From contig CAZVVT010000001.1 in the NCBI GenBank assembly GCA_964630595.1, positions 326,354 to 390,353 on the forward strand: DNA of 64,000 bases. Reading direction: 5' to 3'. Shown here piece after piece: positions 26,578-36,325 of this stretch. This DNA is from an uncultured bacterium (GTDB lineage Bacteria; Chlamydiota; Chlamydiia; Chlamydiales; VFKH01). The translations under genes were made by a program, and so were the position numbers. Below the pieces are notes generated by a model. That model ran no database searches and was not told the origin of the DNA. It saw only the letters and a program-made list of their open reading frames with translations. Every line of letters begins with the position of its first letter. The first letter of the stretch is position 1.

Positions 26578-27360
26578 ATGCTTTATATTGTCGCGACACC
26601 TATTGGCAATCTCGGCGACATTACGCGGCGTGCTCTACAAGTACTCCAAGAAGTCGATGTCATCCTTGCGGAAGACACCCGCACCAGCGCCGTCCTTTTG
26701 CACCACTACGAGATCAAAACATCGCTACTCTCTTATCACCAATTCAATGAAGCAGCGCGCATTCCTCAGCTCGTGCAGCGCCTTCATGCGGGAGAAAAGA
26801 TTGCGCTCATCAGCGATGCCGGCTCTCCTCTCATCTCCGATCCAGGCGAGCGGCTGGTAGAGGCGCTGCAAAAAGAGGGGCTGCCCTACACTGTTCTGCC
26901 CGGCCCTTGCAGCATCATCGCCGCTCTTCAGCTCTCTGGCTTTTCTCCCATCCCCTTCCAATTCGTCGGCTTTGCCCCCAAGTCGGGCCAAGCTGCCTGG
27001 GTGCGCACGCTGCTCGACTACCGCGGCACTTCGATTTTCTTCGAGACGGCGCCGCGCATTCGCAGCACCCTTGAGGAGTTCAAAGAGACGCGCATCTGCA
27101 TCGCGCGCGAAATCACCAAACATTTTGAAGAGGTACTGGTCGGTCCAGCCAGCACTCTGATAGAGAAACTGCCCAACCCCAAGGGCGAGTTTGTGGTGGT
27201 TGTGGAAAGCGGCGGCGGCCGAGTTGACCTACAGACCTGCCTCGAAGAGGTGCAAAAATTGATGAGCGAGGGGCTGACATTGCGCGATGCAGTCGCCCGA
27301 GTTGCAGAAGAGATGAATGTCTCGAAAAGGCAATTGTACCAATTGGCAATTGAGCGTTAA
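26578..27360 (+). CDS. rsmI: 16S rRNA C1402 2'-O-methyltransferase
   Basis: MLYIVATPIGNLGDIT, AEDTR, ISDAGSPLISDPG, REITKHFEE, KGEFVVVV. Confidence 0.95.
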   Translation: MLYIVATPIGNLGDITRRALQVLQEVDVILAEDTRTSAVLLHHYEIKTSLLSYHQFNEAARIPQLVQRLHAGEKIALISDAGSPLISDPGERLVEALQKEGLPYTVLPGPCSIIAALQLSGFSPIPFQFVGFAPKSGQAAWVRTLLDYRGTSIFFETAPRIRSTLEEFKETRICIAREITKHFEEVLVGPASTLIEKLPNPKGEFVVVVESGGGRVDLQTCLEEVQKLMSEGLTLRDAVARVAEEMNVSKRQLYQLAIER

Positions 27361-27373
27361 ACTAGGAGGCCTT

Positions 27374-28963
27374 ATGGAAGCAAAAGAACTGATTTTTGAA
27401 GAAGAGGCGAGAAAGAAACTTCTCTCCGGCATTGTCCAAATTACTGACGCTATTGCGTGCACACTGGGACCTCAAGGTCGCAATGTCGGCATAGAAAAGA
27501 GCTGGGGCTCTCCTACCATCATCAACGATGGACACACGATTGTAAAAGAGATGGAGCTGCCCGACCAATTCGAAAATATGGGCGCTCAACTCGTGCGCGA
27601 AGCAGCGAGCAAACTGAAAGAAAAATGCGGTGATGGCACAACGACAACGAGTTTGCTTTTGCGTGCTATGGCAGAAGAGGGCATCAAGTATGTCTCTTCA
27701 GGTGCCAGCCCTATCAGCTTGAAGCGCGGCATGGATAAGGCGCTCGAAGCGATCGTAAAAAACCTAGAAGCGATCAAGATTCACAGCGAAAAAGAGATCG
27801 TTTCGGTAGCCACCGTCTCCGCTTCCGGCAACAGAGAAATCGGCCAGCTGATCGCCGACGCCATTGCCAAGGTAGGCAAAGACGGCGTGGTCACCATTGA
27901 AGAGGGCAAGACAACAGAGACCACGATCGACGTTGTTAAAGGTATGCAGTTTGATCGCGGCTATATGAGCCCCTACTTCTGCACGAATGCAGAGAACATG
28001 ACAGCGGAGCTGGTTGAGCCCGCTATCCTTACTGTCGATAAGAAGATCTCCTCCATTCAAGAGCTTCTTCCTCTTTTGCAAGCCGTTGCTGCTACGGGCA
28101 AAACGCTGCTCATCATTGCCGACGATATTGAGGGCGATGCGCTCTCTACTCTTGTCATCAACCGCTTAAAGGGCATTCTCAAAGTCGCTGCTGTGAAAGC
28201 ACCGGGCTTTGGAGATCGCAAAAAAGCGATGCTCGAAGACATTGCGATTTTGACGGGCGCGACAGTCATCGCGGAAGAGACCGGTATTACGCTGAAAGAT
28301 ACGGGGCTGGCGCAACTGGGTTCTGCCGAGCGCGTCACGATCACGAAAGATCATACGACTATCGTCTCGGGCCACGGGCAAAAAGAGTTGATTGCTGCGC
28401 GCATCAAACAATTAGAAGCAGAAGCGGAAAAAACGACCTCTACCTACGACAAGGAAAAGCTCATTGAGCGCAAAGCAAAGCTCTCCGGAGGCGTTGCTGT
28501 CCTGAAAGTGGGCGGAGCGACTGAATCTGAAATGAAGAGAGATAAGCAGGTTTTCCAAGACTCGCTCAGCTCTACCCTCTCCGCCCTCGAAGCGGGCGTG
28601 GTGGCTGGCGGCGGCGTTGGCCTGCTGCGCGCGGCGCAGAAGGCGGCGCAAGAGCTCAAGCTCGAGGGCGACGAACTGCTCGGCATGCGCATTGTGCTGA
28701 AAGCGACAGAGGCCCCCATCCGCCAAATCGCTGCTAATGCCGGCCTGGAAGCCGCCATGATCATCGATCAGGTCAGGAATGCCAAAGGTGCTGTCGGATT
28801 CAACGCGATGAACGAAAAGATCGAAGATCTGATCAAAGCAGACGTGATCGACGCGGCCAAAACGGTGCGCTCCTGTATCGTCAACGCTGTCTCTCTTGCG
28901 GGCATCGTGCTCAGTTCAGAAGTATTGATCGGCGATGCACCTGAATTAAAGACTTCAGTATAA
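27374..28963 (+). CDS. groEL: Chaperonin GroEL paralog (no adjacent groES, no GGM tail)
   Basis: [38 protein letters not shown]; GGAGG RBS before ATG 27374. Confidence 0.95.
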   Translation: MEAKELIFEEEARKKLLSGIVQITDAIACTLGPQGRNVGIEKSWGSPTIINDGHTIVKEMELPDQFENMGAQLVREAASKLKEKCGDGTTTTSLLLRAMAEEGIKYVSSGASPISLKRGMDKALEAIVKNLEAIKIHSEKEIVSVATVSASGNREIGQLIADAIAKVGKDGVVTIEEGKTTETTIDVVKGMQFDRGYMSPYFCTNAENMTAELVEPAILTVDKKISSIQELLPLLQAVAATGKTLLIIADDIEGDALSTLVINRLKGILKVAAVKAPGFGDRKKAMLEDIAILTGATVIAEETGITLKDTGLAQLGSAERVTITKDHTTIVSGHGQKELIAARIKQLEAEAEKTTSTYDKEKLIERKAKLSGGVAVLKVGGATESEMKRDKQVFQDSLSSTLSALEAGVVAGGGVGLLRAAQKAAQELKLEGDELLGMRIVLKATEAPIRQIAANAGLEAAMIIDQVRNAKGAVGFNAMNEKIEDLIKADVIDAAKTVRSCIVNAVSLAGIVLSSEVLIGDAPELKTSV

Positions 28964-28972
28964 TCGCGCCTC

Positions 28973-30688
28973 ATGGACGCAAAGACACAATCTGCTGTTG
29001 ATGAGTGGCTGAATGGCCCTTATGACGAAGAGACAAAAAAGCAAATCAAGCAGCTCTCTTCGGAAGAGCTCGTAGACGCTTTCTATAAGCGGCTGGAGTT
29101 TGGAACGGGGGGCTTGCGCGGCTTGATGGGCCCTGGCACCAACCGCATGAATGCCTATACGGTGCGGGCGGCCACTCAAGGGCTGGCCAACTACATCCTC
29201 CATGCGAAAATTTCTCTGCCCTCTGTGGTGATCGGCTATGACAGCCGCCACCATTCGCGCATGTTTGCGGAGGAGGCCGCGAAAGTGTTGGCTGCTGCTG
29301 GCATTCGCGTCTACTTCTACGCAGAGCTGCGCCCTGTACCCATGGTCTCCTTCGCTTGCCGCCATCTCAAAACGACAGCGGGCATCATGGTTACTGCTTC
29401 GCACAACCCTCCGCAGTACAATGGCTATAAGGTCTACTGGAGCGATGGCTGCCAAGTGCTTCCACCGCATGATGTGGGCATCATTGCTGAGGTCAACAAG
29501 ATCACTTCACCAACACAAGTCAAAGAGGTGAAGTCGATCAACCACGACCTCATCACGCGCATCAATGAAGACGAAGCGCTCGACAAGGCCTATTTAAACG
29601 CCGTGCACAGCTACCCCTTCTTCCCGGAAGAAGATCACCACATGGGCAAGCGGCTGAAGATCGTCTACACCAGTCTCTATGGCACAGGCATCACCATGGT
29701 GCCCAAGGCATTAGCGCAGTGGGGCTTTCACGACCTGCACTTCGTGCAAGAGCAGATCGTCCCCAATGGCGATTTTCCCACCACTCCCTTCCCCAATCCC
29801 GAGGAACGCGAAGCGCTTCAGCTGGGCCTGGAGAAACTCAAGAGCTGCGGCGGCGACCTTCTGATTGCCACCGATCCCGACTGCGACCGCATGGGCATTG
29901 CCACCCTCGATAATAAAGAACCCGTGCTCTTCACCGGCAATGAGATCGTCTGCCTCGCTGCAGCACATATTTTAGAGCGCGGTCACCTTCCAAAAAATCC
30001 CGCCTTCATTAAAACGATTGTGACAAGCGAGCTGTTTGCTACGCTCGTGAAAGCACATGACTGTGCCTGCTTCAACGTGCTGACCGGATTCAAGTACATT
30101 GGACAGCTGATGACTGAATGGGAAAAGAGTCATGAGTACCACTATATCTTCGGCGGCGAAGAGTCCTACGGCAGCTTGCTGGGCACACATGCGCGCGACA
30201 AGGATGCCATCATCGCCTCTGCTTTGATTGCAGAAGTGGCCCTCCACGCTAAGCTGCAGGGCAAAACACTCACGCAGAAGCTGCATGATCTCTACGCAAA
30301 ATATGGCGTCTTCCGCGAAAAGCTTACCTCCCTCACCTTCCCCGGAAAAGCAGGCGCGGACCAGATGGCCGGCTTCATGAAAAAGCTGCGCGACAAACCG
30401 CCTGCAGCTTTCGGCGGCTCGAAGATTGTCGCCATCGACGACTACCAAACCAGACAGCACACCGAAGGGGGCAAGAAAACGCCCATCTCCCTTCCCGTCT
30501 CCAACGTGCTCGTCTTCTGGCTCGAAGATGGCAGTCGCCTTGTCATTCGCCCCTCGGGCACCGAACCGAAGATCAAACTCTACGGCGAAGTGAAAGAGCC
30601 CGCAGGAGCAGACCTGAATGCCTCTATTGCGAAAGCTGACAAACGGCTTGCGCAGCTTCTCGACGCTTTGAAAAATGATCTTAAATAA
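28973..30688 (+). CDS. Phosphoglucomutase/phosphomannomutase
   Basis: FGTGGLRG, TASHNP, DPDCDR, GEESYG, RPSGTEPKIK. Confidence 0.95.
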   Translation: MDAKTQSAVDEWLNGPYDEETKKQIKQLSSEELVDAFYKRLEFGTGGLRGLMGPGTNRMNAYTVRAATQGLANYILHAKISLPSVVIGYDSRHHSRMFAEEAAKVLAAAGIRVYFYAELRPVPMVSFACRHLKTTAGIMVTASHNPPQYNGYKVYWSDGCQVLPPHDVGIIAEVNKITSPTQVKEVKSINHDLITRINEDEALDKAYLNAVHSYPFFPEEDHHMGKRLKIVYTSLYGTGITMVPKALAQWGFHDLHFVQEQIVPNGDFPTTPFPNPEEREALQLGLEKLKSCGGDLLIATDPDCDRMGIATLDNKEPVLFTGNEIVCLAAAHILERGHLPKNPAFIKTIVTSELFATLVKAHDCACFNVLTGFKYIGQLMTEWEKSHEYHYIFGGEESYGSLLGTHARDKDAIIASALIAEVALHAKLQGKTLTQKLHDLYAKYGVFREKLTSLTFPGKAGADQMAGFMKKLRDKPPAAFGGSKIVAIDDYQTRQHTEGGKKTPISLPVSNVLVFWLEDGSRLVIRPSGTEPKIKLYGEVKEPAGADLNASIAKADKRLAQLLDALKNDLK

Positions 30689-31664
30689 TACCCAGCACGC
30701 CTTTGCGCAACATTTCAGCAAAGGCAAGCTTCAAGCCAAAAAGCTCTATTCTTCGTGGATGAAGAGCGCCTCTTCTCCTCTGCCCGCTCTGAACGAGAAA
30801 AAACTTTTTGCCCAGTTCAACGAAGTGGTGCAGTACCGCGTTCCCGAAGTGGCACGCAGACTCTCTACAGGCGGCGTGGAGAAGTTCTGGCTGCGCTTTG
30901 CAGATGGCAAAGAGAGCGAGTCGGTGGTCATTCCCATGAAATATGCCGCCACCCTCTGCATCTCCTCGCAGGTAGGCTGCCGCATGGGCTGCTCCTTTTG
31001 CCAGACTGGACGCATGGGGCTGGTGCGCAATCTCACCCCTGAAGAAATTGTCGCACAAGTCTTCACTGCCAAAACTCTGATGGGATACCCCATTCGTAAC
31101 TTGGTCTTCATGGGCATGGGTGAGCCCCTCGATAACTTCGACAACGTCCTTGCTGCCATCCAGATCCTTTCCGATGACGCAGGGCTTGCGATTGCAAAAA
31201 GCCGCATCACCATCTCCACCTCCGGCCGCATCGACGGCATCAAACGTCTTAAAAAAGAGGCCGATCCCGCAATCAAGCTCGCCATCTCCGTCAATGCCCC
31301 CAATGACGCCATCCGCACCAAACTCATGCCGGTCAACAGGCGCTACAACATGGCCGCCCTCAAAGAGGCGCTGATCGACTACGGCCGCCCCCTCCTTGCC
31401 GAGTATGTCCTCATCCAGGGCATCAACGACTCTCTCCAAGCAGCGGAGGAGCTCAGCGCCTGGCTGCAGGGCCTTCATGCCAAAGTCAACCTGATCCCCT
31501 ATAACCCGCAGTCCAACCCCCGCTTTCAGCCTCCGCATCCTGTTGTAGTAGAAGCATTTATGACTCACCTGCGTCGTTTAGGCCACCATACTCTTCTACG
31601 GACAACTAAGGGCGATGCCATCATGGCGGCTTGCGGCCAATTAGGTGGGCTCTCTATAAGCTAG
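30675..31664 (+). CDS. rlmN: 23S rRNA A2503 C2-methyltransferase (radical SAM)
   Basis: CISSQVGCRMGCSFC, VFMGMGEPL, NLIPYN, AACGQL. Confidence 0.93.
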   Translation: MILNNTQHAFAQHFSKGKLQAKKLYSSWMKSASSPLPALNEKKLFAQFNEVVQYRVPEVARRLSTGGVEKFWLRFADGKESESVVIPMKYAATLCISSQVGCRMGCSFCQTGRMGLVRNLTPEEIVAQVFTAKTLMGYPIRNLVFMGMGEPLDNFDNVLAAIQILSDDAGLAIAKSRITISTSGRIDGIKRLKKEADPAIKLAISVNAPNDAIRTKLMPVNRRYNMAALKEALIDYGRPLLAEYVLIQGINDSLQAAEELSAWLQGLHAKVNLIPYNPQSNPRFQPPHPVVVEAFMTHLRRLGHHTLLRTTKGDAIMAACGQLGGLSIS

Positions 31665-31669
31665 GGCGT

Positions 31670-32560
31670 ATGCCCATTCATTTTGACCATGAAAAGTACG
31701 ACGCTCTTGTCGAGCAATATGCAGAAGCTGTTGAAGGAAGAGAGCGTGAGGCGGCCCGTGAAGCGAACAACGAATTGGTGCGCCTTTTTGGCGTGAATAT
31801 CGATGCTGGCCTGATCGAACGCGACGGGAAATCGATTGCTCTGCGCGGCGGCATTACCTATCCCCCTAAAGATCGAGTCTCTGTAGAAAGTGCGGCCGGC
31901 ATCGCTCTACGCATCATCAGTCCAGTAGAGCCCGAGCAAGTGCAAACCCTCTTTGATTACATCGCCTCAGCCATTGAGTTGATCGGACGACTGCTGCAAG
32001 AGTGCTTTTCCACAAAAAACCCTGAAACGATCAAACAGGACTCCACCGCTCAACTCCTTGCCAATCTCGCCCAAACCACGCGCATGGCGCGCCGAGCGTG
32101 CGACTACTTCGACGAGGACGAACTGAGCAAGAAAGAGCGCAAACACCTTCCTCAAATTCTCCAAACCTTCGGCTCTCTCATCAGCCATATCGAACAAGCG
32201 CAAGAAGCGGCCAAAAAACACGACTATTCCGCTATCCGAGCCGCCCTTCAACACGCTTCAGAAAGCCTGCACACCCTCTCTCGCCTCTCTCCCAAAATAG
32301 CCCCCCGCCTCCCCCGCGACACAGAAGAGGCAACGGCCCGAGAAGATCTGGAGTGGATCAATAGCTGCCGCCACCGCTGCCAAAGTTGGAGCCTTACCTT
32401 GGGGCCCACAAAAGGATCTACCGCAGCCCACCTGACCGCCGAATACGAACGGCTATGCGAAAAGTCCTCGCTCTCCACCGCAGAAACCCTACCTCTTATG
32501 ATGCACTGGGCGCAGTTCGAAGCTGGATTAGTGGACGCTTTAGTTTCTCGCGCACGCTAA
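31670..32560 (+). CDS. Hypothetical helical protein
   Basis: 296-aa ORF from ATG 31670 filling the gap; no recognisable motif. Confidence 0.6.
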   Translation: MPIHFDHEKYDALVEQYAEAVEGREREAAREANNELVRLFGVNIDAGLIERDGKSIALRGGITYPPKDRVSVESAAGIALRIISPVEPEQVQTLFDYIASAIELIGRLLQECFSTKNPETIKQDSTAQLLANLAQTTRMARRACDYFDEDELSKKERKHLPQILQTFGSLISHIEQAQEAAKKHDYSAIRAALQHASESLHTLSRLSPKIAPRLPRDTEEATAREDLEWINSCRHRCQSWSLTLGPTKGSTAAHLTAEYERLCEKSSLSTAETLPLMMHWAQFEAGLVDALVSRAR

Positions 32561-32578
32561 TCTCATTGCAGCAAGGAA

Positions 32579-34072
32579 TTACCTTAATGTGTCCAGAAAA
32601 TCGTTGAATTCAGCGTTGTTATCGTTGTTGCGAGCGTTGAGTTCTCGAGCTATGCCAACAAACTCCGCCCTTTTTTCTGCAGAAAGTTTGTGCCAAGACT
32701 TTCCTTCCCCGCTTGTAATCGCTTTGAAAAGTTCGATCCCAAACGGCCCAACCATCCAGGGAAGCAATTGACGAAAGAACTGTTCCCTAGATTCTGCCCA
32801 CCCAGCAAAACTCATTGATTCTAATTTATCGATAATACACTCAAGAGTCGCAGCATCCCGTGGCGTAATCCCAGCTTCCCAAAGATCCTCTTTTTCCCAA
32901 GGCAAGCCCATTTCGCCAGAGAGAAGTTTCTCCAATAAAGCAACATTGCCAGACTTTGCCGCAGCTAAAACAAAGTTAGAATGTCTTTTTTCAACTCTAC
33001 CAACCTCCTCCTCTCTCGAAGAAAATCGATAATCTCGAATTTCCGGCGTCTCTCGAAGACTTCTTATATCGGCTGCTCGACCGGTCTGAAGAAGCTCTCT
33101 AAAAACGGTTGGTATAGCATCTGGAAATCGACGCAAAAACCCGGTCAACTCAACAAGACCCAACTCGTGGGCAAGCTCGGAGTATAAGTAACTCATACTA
33201 CTCCCAGAACTCCACTTAGCCTTTTCGCTTGCTGGTCTGAGATACTTGTAGAGTTTTTTCATAGGCCCAAGGTCGGGCGGCGGGAATTCAGGAAGATGTA
33301 GCTGTGCTTCAACGAGCTCTGGAATATGTGGACTGCTCCCTTTCAAAGAGAGAATATTATAGAGAGCCAGCCTTGCCAAATAGGATGACTGAAAATAGGA
33401 CGCCACGGCAAAAAGCTCCATTGCCGCAGCAAGATCCGTGGGAGGAATATCAACTTTGTCACCCTCCAGAGCTGCTTTCATGACATCCGTAATCACAATT
33501 TCTTTCTGAACAGGCTCGATTTCTTCAGTGGCTTCGTTAATTTGATAGACAGGCACTGTAATCTTTGGAGGAATTACGGGTGTTTCCGCAGACCAACCGC
33601 TAGATCCTGCCTCGATCACTGCACGGTTTTTTCGTCTTTCTTTGTCACGCAAAGAGGCTTTTTCTTCCTCAGTGTAACCCCATAAAGGATCTGGTCTTCC
33701 AGCACCAGCTGCTGCGCCGCCACCGCCGCTTGCGGCAACTTCCGACAAATCTCCTACGATTTTTGCAGGAGCAAATCTCCTCGTATCTTGCAAAATAGGC
33801 TCAACAAGGGCCGCAATTTCTCCTGTTAATCCTTTTCGCTCCTTTAAATTGTCGACATATAAACGCAGAATGTCCTTAACCTCTGCCTGACTAACAATAT
33901 AGTTTTTATCTGCAGCAAGCTTTTTTACGACCTCTTCTGTAACAGCGGCAATTTTTCGCTCGGTTTTGCTGTATACCAGAAAAAGCGATGATCGAAGCGC
34001 TGGATTGTTATAGGAAGTAAGAGATTCTGGGTCCAGAGAACCCGCTGAATAAGACGCCATATACAACGGCAT
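32579..34072 (-). CDS. Orphan putative effector with SKP1/BTB-like helix pair and ankyrin-like repeat
   Basis: AMELFAVASYFQSSYLARLALYNILSLKGSSP; FVLAAAKSGNVALLEKLL; more AT-rich than neighbours; start 34072 or 34060. Confidence 0.6.
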   Translation of the reverse strand: MPLYMASYSAGSLDPESLTSYNNPALRSSLFLVYSKTERKIAAVTEEVVKKLAADKNYIVSQAEVKDILRLYVDNLKERKGLTGEIAALVEPILQDTRRFAPAKIVGDLSEVAASGGGGAAAGAGRPDPLWGYTEEEKASLRDKERRKNRAVIEAGSSGWSAETPVIPPKITVPVYQINEATEEIEPVQKEIVITDVMKAALEGDKVDIPPTDLAAAMELFAVASYFQSSYLARLALYNILSLKGSSPHIPELVEAQLHLPEFPPPDLGPMKKLYKYLRPASEKAKWSSGSSMSYLYSELAHELGLVELTGFLRRFPDAIPTVFRELLQTGRAADIRSLRETPEIRDYRFSSREEEVGRVEKRHSNFVLAAAKSGNVALLEKLLSGEMGLPWEKEDLWEAGITPRDAATLECIIDKLESMSFAGWAESREQFFRQLLPWMVGPFGIELFKAITSGEGKSWHKLSAEKRAEFVGIARELNARNNDNNAEFNDFLDTLR

Positions 34073-34073
34073 A

Positions 34074-34115
34074 TGACCGAACGCAAAAAAAAAGCAAGCT
34101 TTCTTGGTTCGGTCA
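34074..34115. terminator. Inverted repeat immediately downstream of the HD-hydrolase gene
   Basis: TGACCGAAC...GTTCGGTCA around an A-rich loop; function uncertain. Confidence 0.4.
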
Positions 34116-34116
34116 G

Positions 34117-36255
34117 CTATGAAGCGGCGGCGAGACGCTTGGTGGGATACTTGACGCGGGTGTGGCCGTGGGCACAGATGGTTTTGGTAAGGGCGCGCTT
34201 AACGAGTTGGAGCTCCTCGAAGGTAAGCTGGCATTCGTCGAATTGACCATCCTCCATCTTCTCCGAAATAATGCGTTCGACGAGGTTGGCGACGGTTTGC
34301 TCGCTGTATTCGTCGAGACAGCGAGAAGCAGCTTCGAGGGAATCGGCAATCATAATGATGGCCGACTCTTTGGTGCGCGGTTTGGGGCCGGTGTAGCGGA
34401 AGTCGCGTTCGTCAACGAGGCTGCCATCGCCGCCCATCAGTTCGATCTGCTTGTGGTAGAAGTAGTAGACTAAGGTCGTGCCGTGGTGTTCTTGGATGAT
34501 CTCGATGAAGGGGGCGGGTAGGCCGGCTTTTTTGGCCATTTGCGAGCCTTCACTAACGTGCGAGATGATGACCTGCGCCGATTCGAGCGGCGTGAGCAGT
34601 TGGTGCATATTCACACCGCCCTGCTGGTTTTCCGTGAAGTACTGCGGCGCGACCAGCTTACCAATGTCGTGGTACTGCGTAGCAACGCGGCAAAAGAGCC
34701 CGTTGGCTCCAATGGCCACCGCTCCCGCTTCGCTCAAATTGCCAACGACGAGAGAGTGCTGGTAGGTTCCGGGAGCCTCCACCATCAGGCGCTTGAGGAG
34801 GGGGTGTGAGGGGTCCATGAACTCCATCAAGGTGATGTCCGACATCACTTTGAAGAGGAACTCAAAGAGCGGAATGATGCCGACAACCAAGACTGCTGTC
34901 ATCAGCATGAAGAGCAGCGCCACCACGCCGTCGATGGCAAAGCTGGCGAAGTCCATTCTTCCCTTAAAGAGATCGAGACCCACAACCGCTACCAGGGCCA
35001 CCAAGAAGGCCTTACTGAAGACGGCGAAGACCTCTTTGCGCTTGTGGAGAACGCGCGCGCCCATGACGGCAGCGACTGCGGGCAGCAGATTCACCAGGAA
35101 AAAGCCGTTGCGGTCGACGGCAGAGCCTAGGGAGATGGCGATGGCCAAACAGGCGGAGGTGAAGAGAGCCACGCGCGCATTGAGCAAGCTCGACAGCAAC
35201 ACTGCCGTCATCGGAATCACGATCGGATAATGGACAAAGTCGATGAGCCGCGTAGAGAGAAGCAAGAACTCCACCGTCTTATCGAAGAGAAGGGTCAAGA
35301 CACAGATCGACAATACCAAAAAGATTCTGCGCGAGGAGGCAAAAATCGCCGGCTGCTCCGCATAGATAAACGCTCCAAGGATAAAGACAATGCTGGCAGC
35401 AATGAGGGCTGAGCCCGCTACGTTGCTCCACTTCCACGGATAGATCTGGACCTTCATCGCCTTTTTCATGGCGCTCATCATGACCAGATGGCGCGCTTCG
35501 ACAATCTGCCCCTGCTCAATGATCTGCTCACCCGCACGCACTCGCGACATCTGCCTAGGCACGCTCTCTTCCACTAGCTGCCGCAGCTGCACGCGCAACA
35601 CGCGATCCTCTTCCGTGCGCCACGTCCTCTGCCGCAATTGGTCGACCAACAAAGCAATCGCTTCATGACTGTACATGTGATCCACAGCCGCTTGCTGCTG
35701 CACACGGTCCCACAAATCAGGAGGCAAGTGAATCTGCCCTTTCAGCTCCTCTGGAGGCACAAAGGGCAAAAACTCCACCCCATGCACTTCTGCAAGCAAA
35801 GGTTGCACAGCGGCCAGCGTTGCCGGATCGACAAAACGCCAGGAGGAGAGAATGCCCATGACACGCTCAATGACGGGAAAGACCTCTTCGAAAGAGTTGA
35901 TGTTGGCAAGGTGGCGCCAGGTGGGATTGAACATCAACGAACGATCCAACTCCATCTTTCTCTGAAAGAGCTGCGTCTCATCCATGGCAAACACAGGTCC
36001 AATCTTAGAGGCGGCCTGACGACGCATCAGAAGGGTCTTTTCATCGTCGACAAAGGAAAAATCTACTCGAGCAACCACATAGTGGGGAGCGGGAATGCCC
36101 ACTTCTAAAACATCTACCTTCGTCTCTCGCAGCTGCAGGAAAAAGAAAATCGAGAGCGCCAGCAGAAAAAAGCCCGAAAGGCGAAAGAAAATGTGGGTCT
36201 CTAAGAGGTGGGGCCAACCCCCCTCTTCATCCCGTGACATGGCGGTCATATGCAC
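34117..36255 (-). CDS. 7TM-HD (HDIG) membrane phosphohydrolase, PgpH-like
   Basis: Extracytoplasmic domain, several TM helices, EAPGTYQHSL, YHDIGK, FTENQ, IISHV, QEHHGT, ADSLEAASR. Confidence 0.92.
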   Translation of the reverse strand: MHMTAMSRDEEGGWPHLLETHIFFRLSGFFLLALSIFFFLQLRETKVDVLEVGIPAPHYVVARVDFSFVDDEKTLLMRRQAASKIGPVFAMDETQLFQRKMELDRSLMFNPTWRHLANINSFEEVFPVIERVMGILSSWRFVDPATLAAVQPLLAEVHGVEFLPFVPPEELKGQIHLPPDLWDRVQQQAAVDHMYSHEAIALLVDQLRQRTWRTEEDRVLRVQLRQLVEESVPRQMSRVRAGEQIIEQGQIVEARHLVMMSAMKKAMKVQIYPWKWSNVAGSALIAASIVFILGAFIYAEQPAIFASSRRIFLVLSICVLTLLFDKTVEFLLLSTRLIDFVHYPIVIPMTAVLLSSLLNARVALFTSACLAIAISLGSAVDRNGFFLVNLLPAVAAVMGARVLHKRKEVFAVFSKAFLVALVAVVGLDLFKGRMDFASFAIDGVVALLFMLMTAVLVVGIIPLFEFLFKVMSDITLMEFMDPSHPLLKRLMVEAPGTYQHSLVVGNLSEAGAVAIGANGLFCRVATQYHDIGKLVAPQYFTENQQGGVNMHQLLTPLESAQVIISHVSEGSQMAKKAGLPAPFIEIIQEHHGTTLVYYFYHKQIELMGGDGSLVDERDFRYTGPKPRTKESAIIMIADSLEAASRCLDEYSEQTVANLVERIISEKMEDGQFDECQLTFEELQLVKRALTKTICAHGHTRVKYPTKRLAAAS

Positions 36256-36325
36256 ACTCTATCCTACCGTGACAATTCTCAGGAAATCGTCGCTCTTGAT
36301 TATACATTCAAGAAATGATTAAGAA

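Noticed and set aside
30681-31568. Long antisense ORFs (also 13326-14000, 23297-24124, 29972-30727)
   Set aside because: Fully opposite well-supported genes; expected from codon bias; no motifs.
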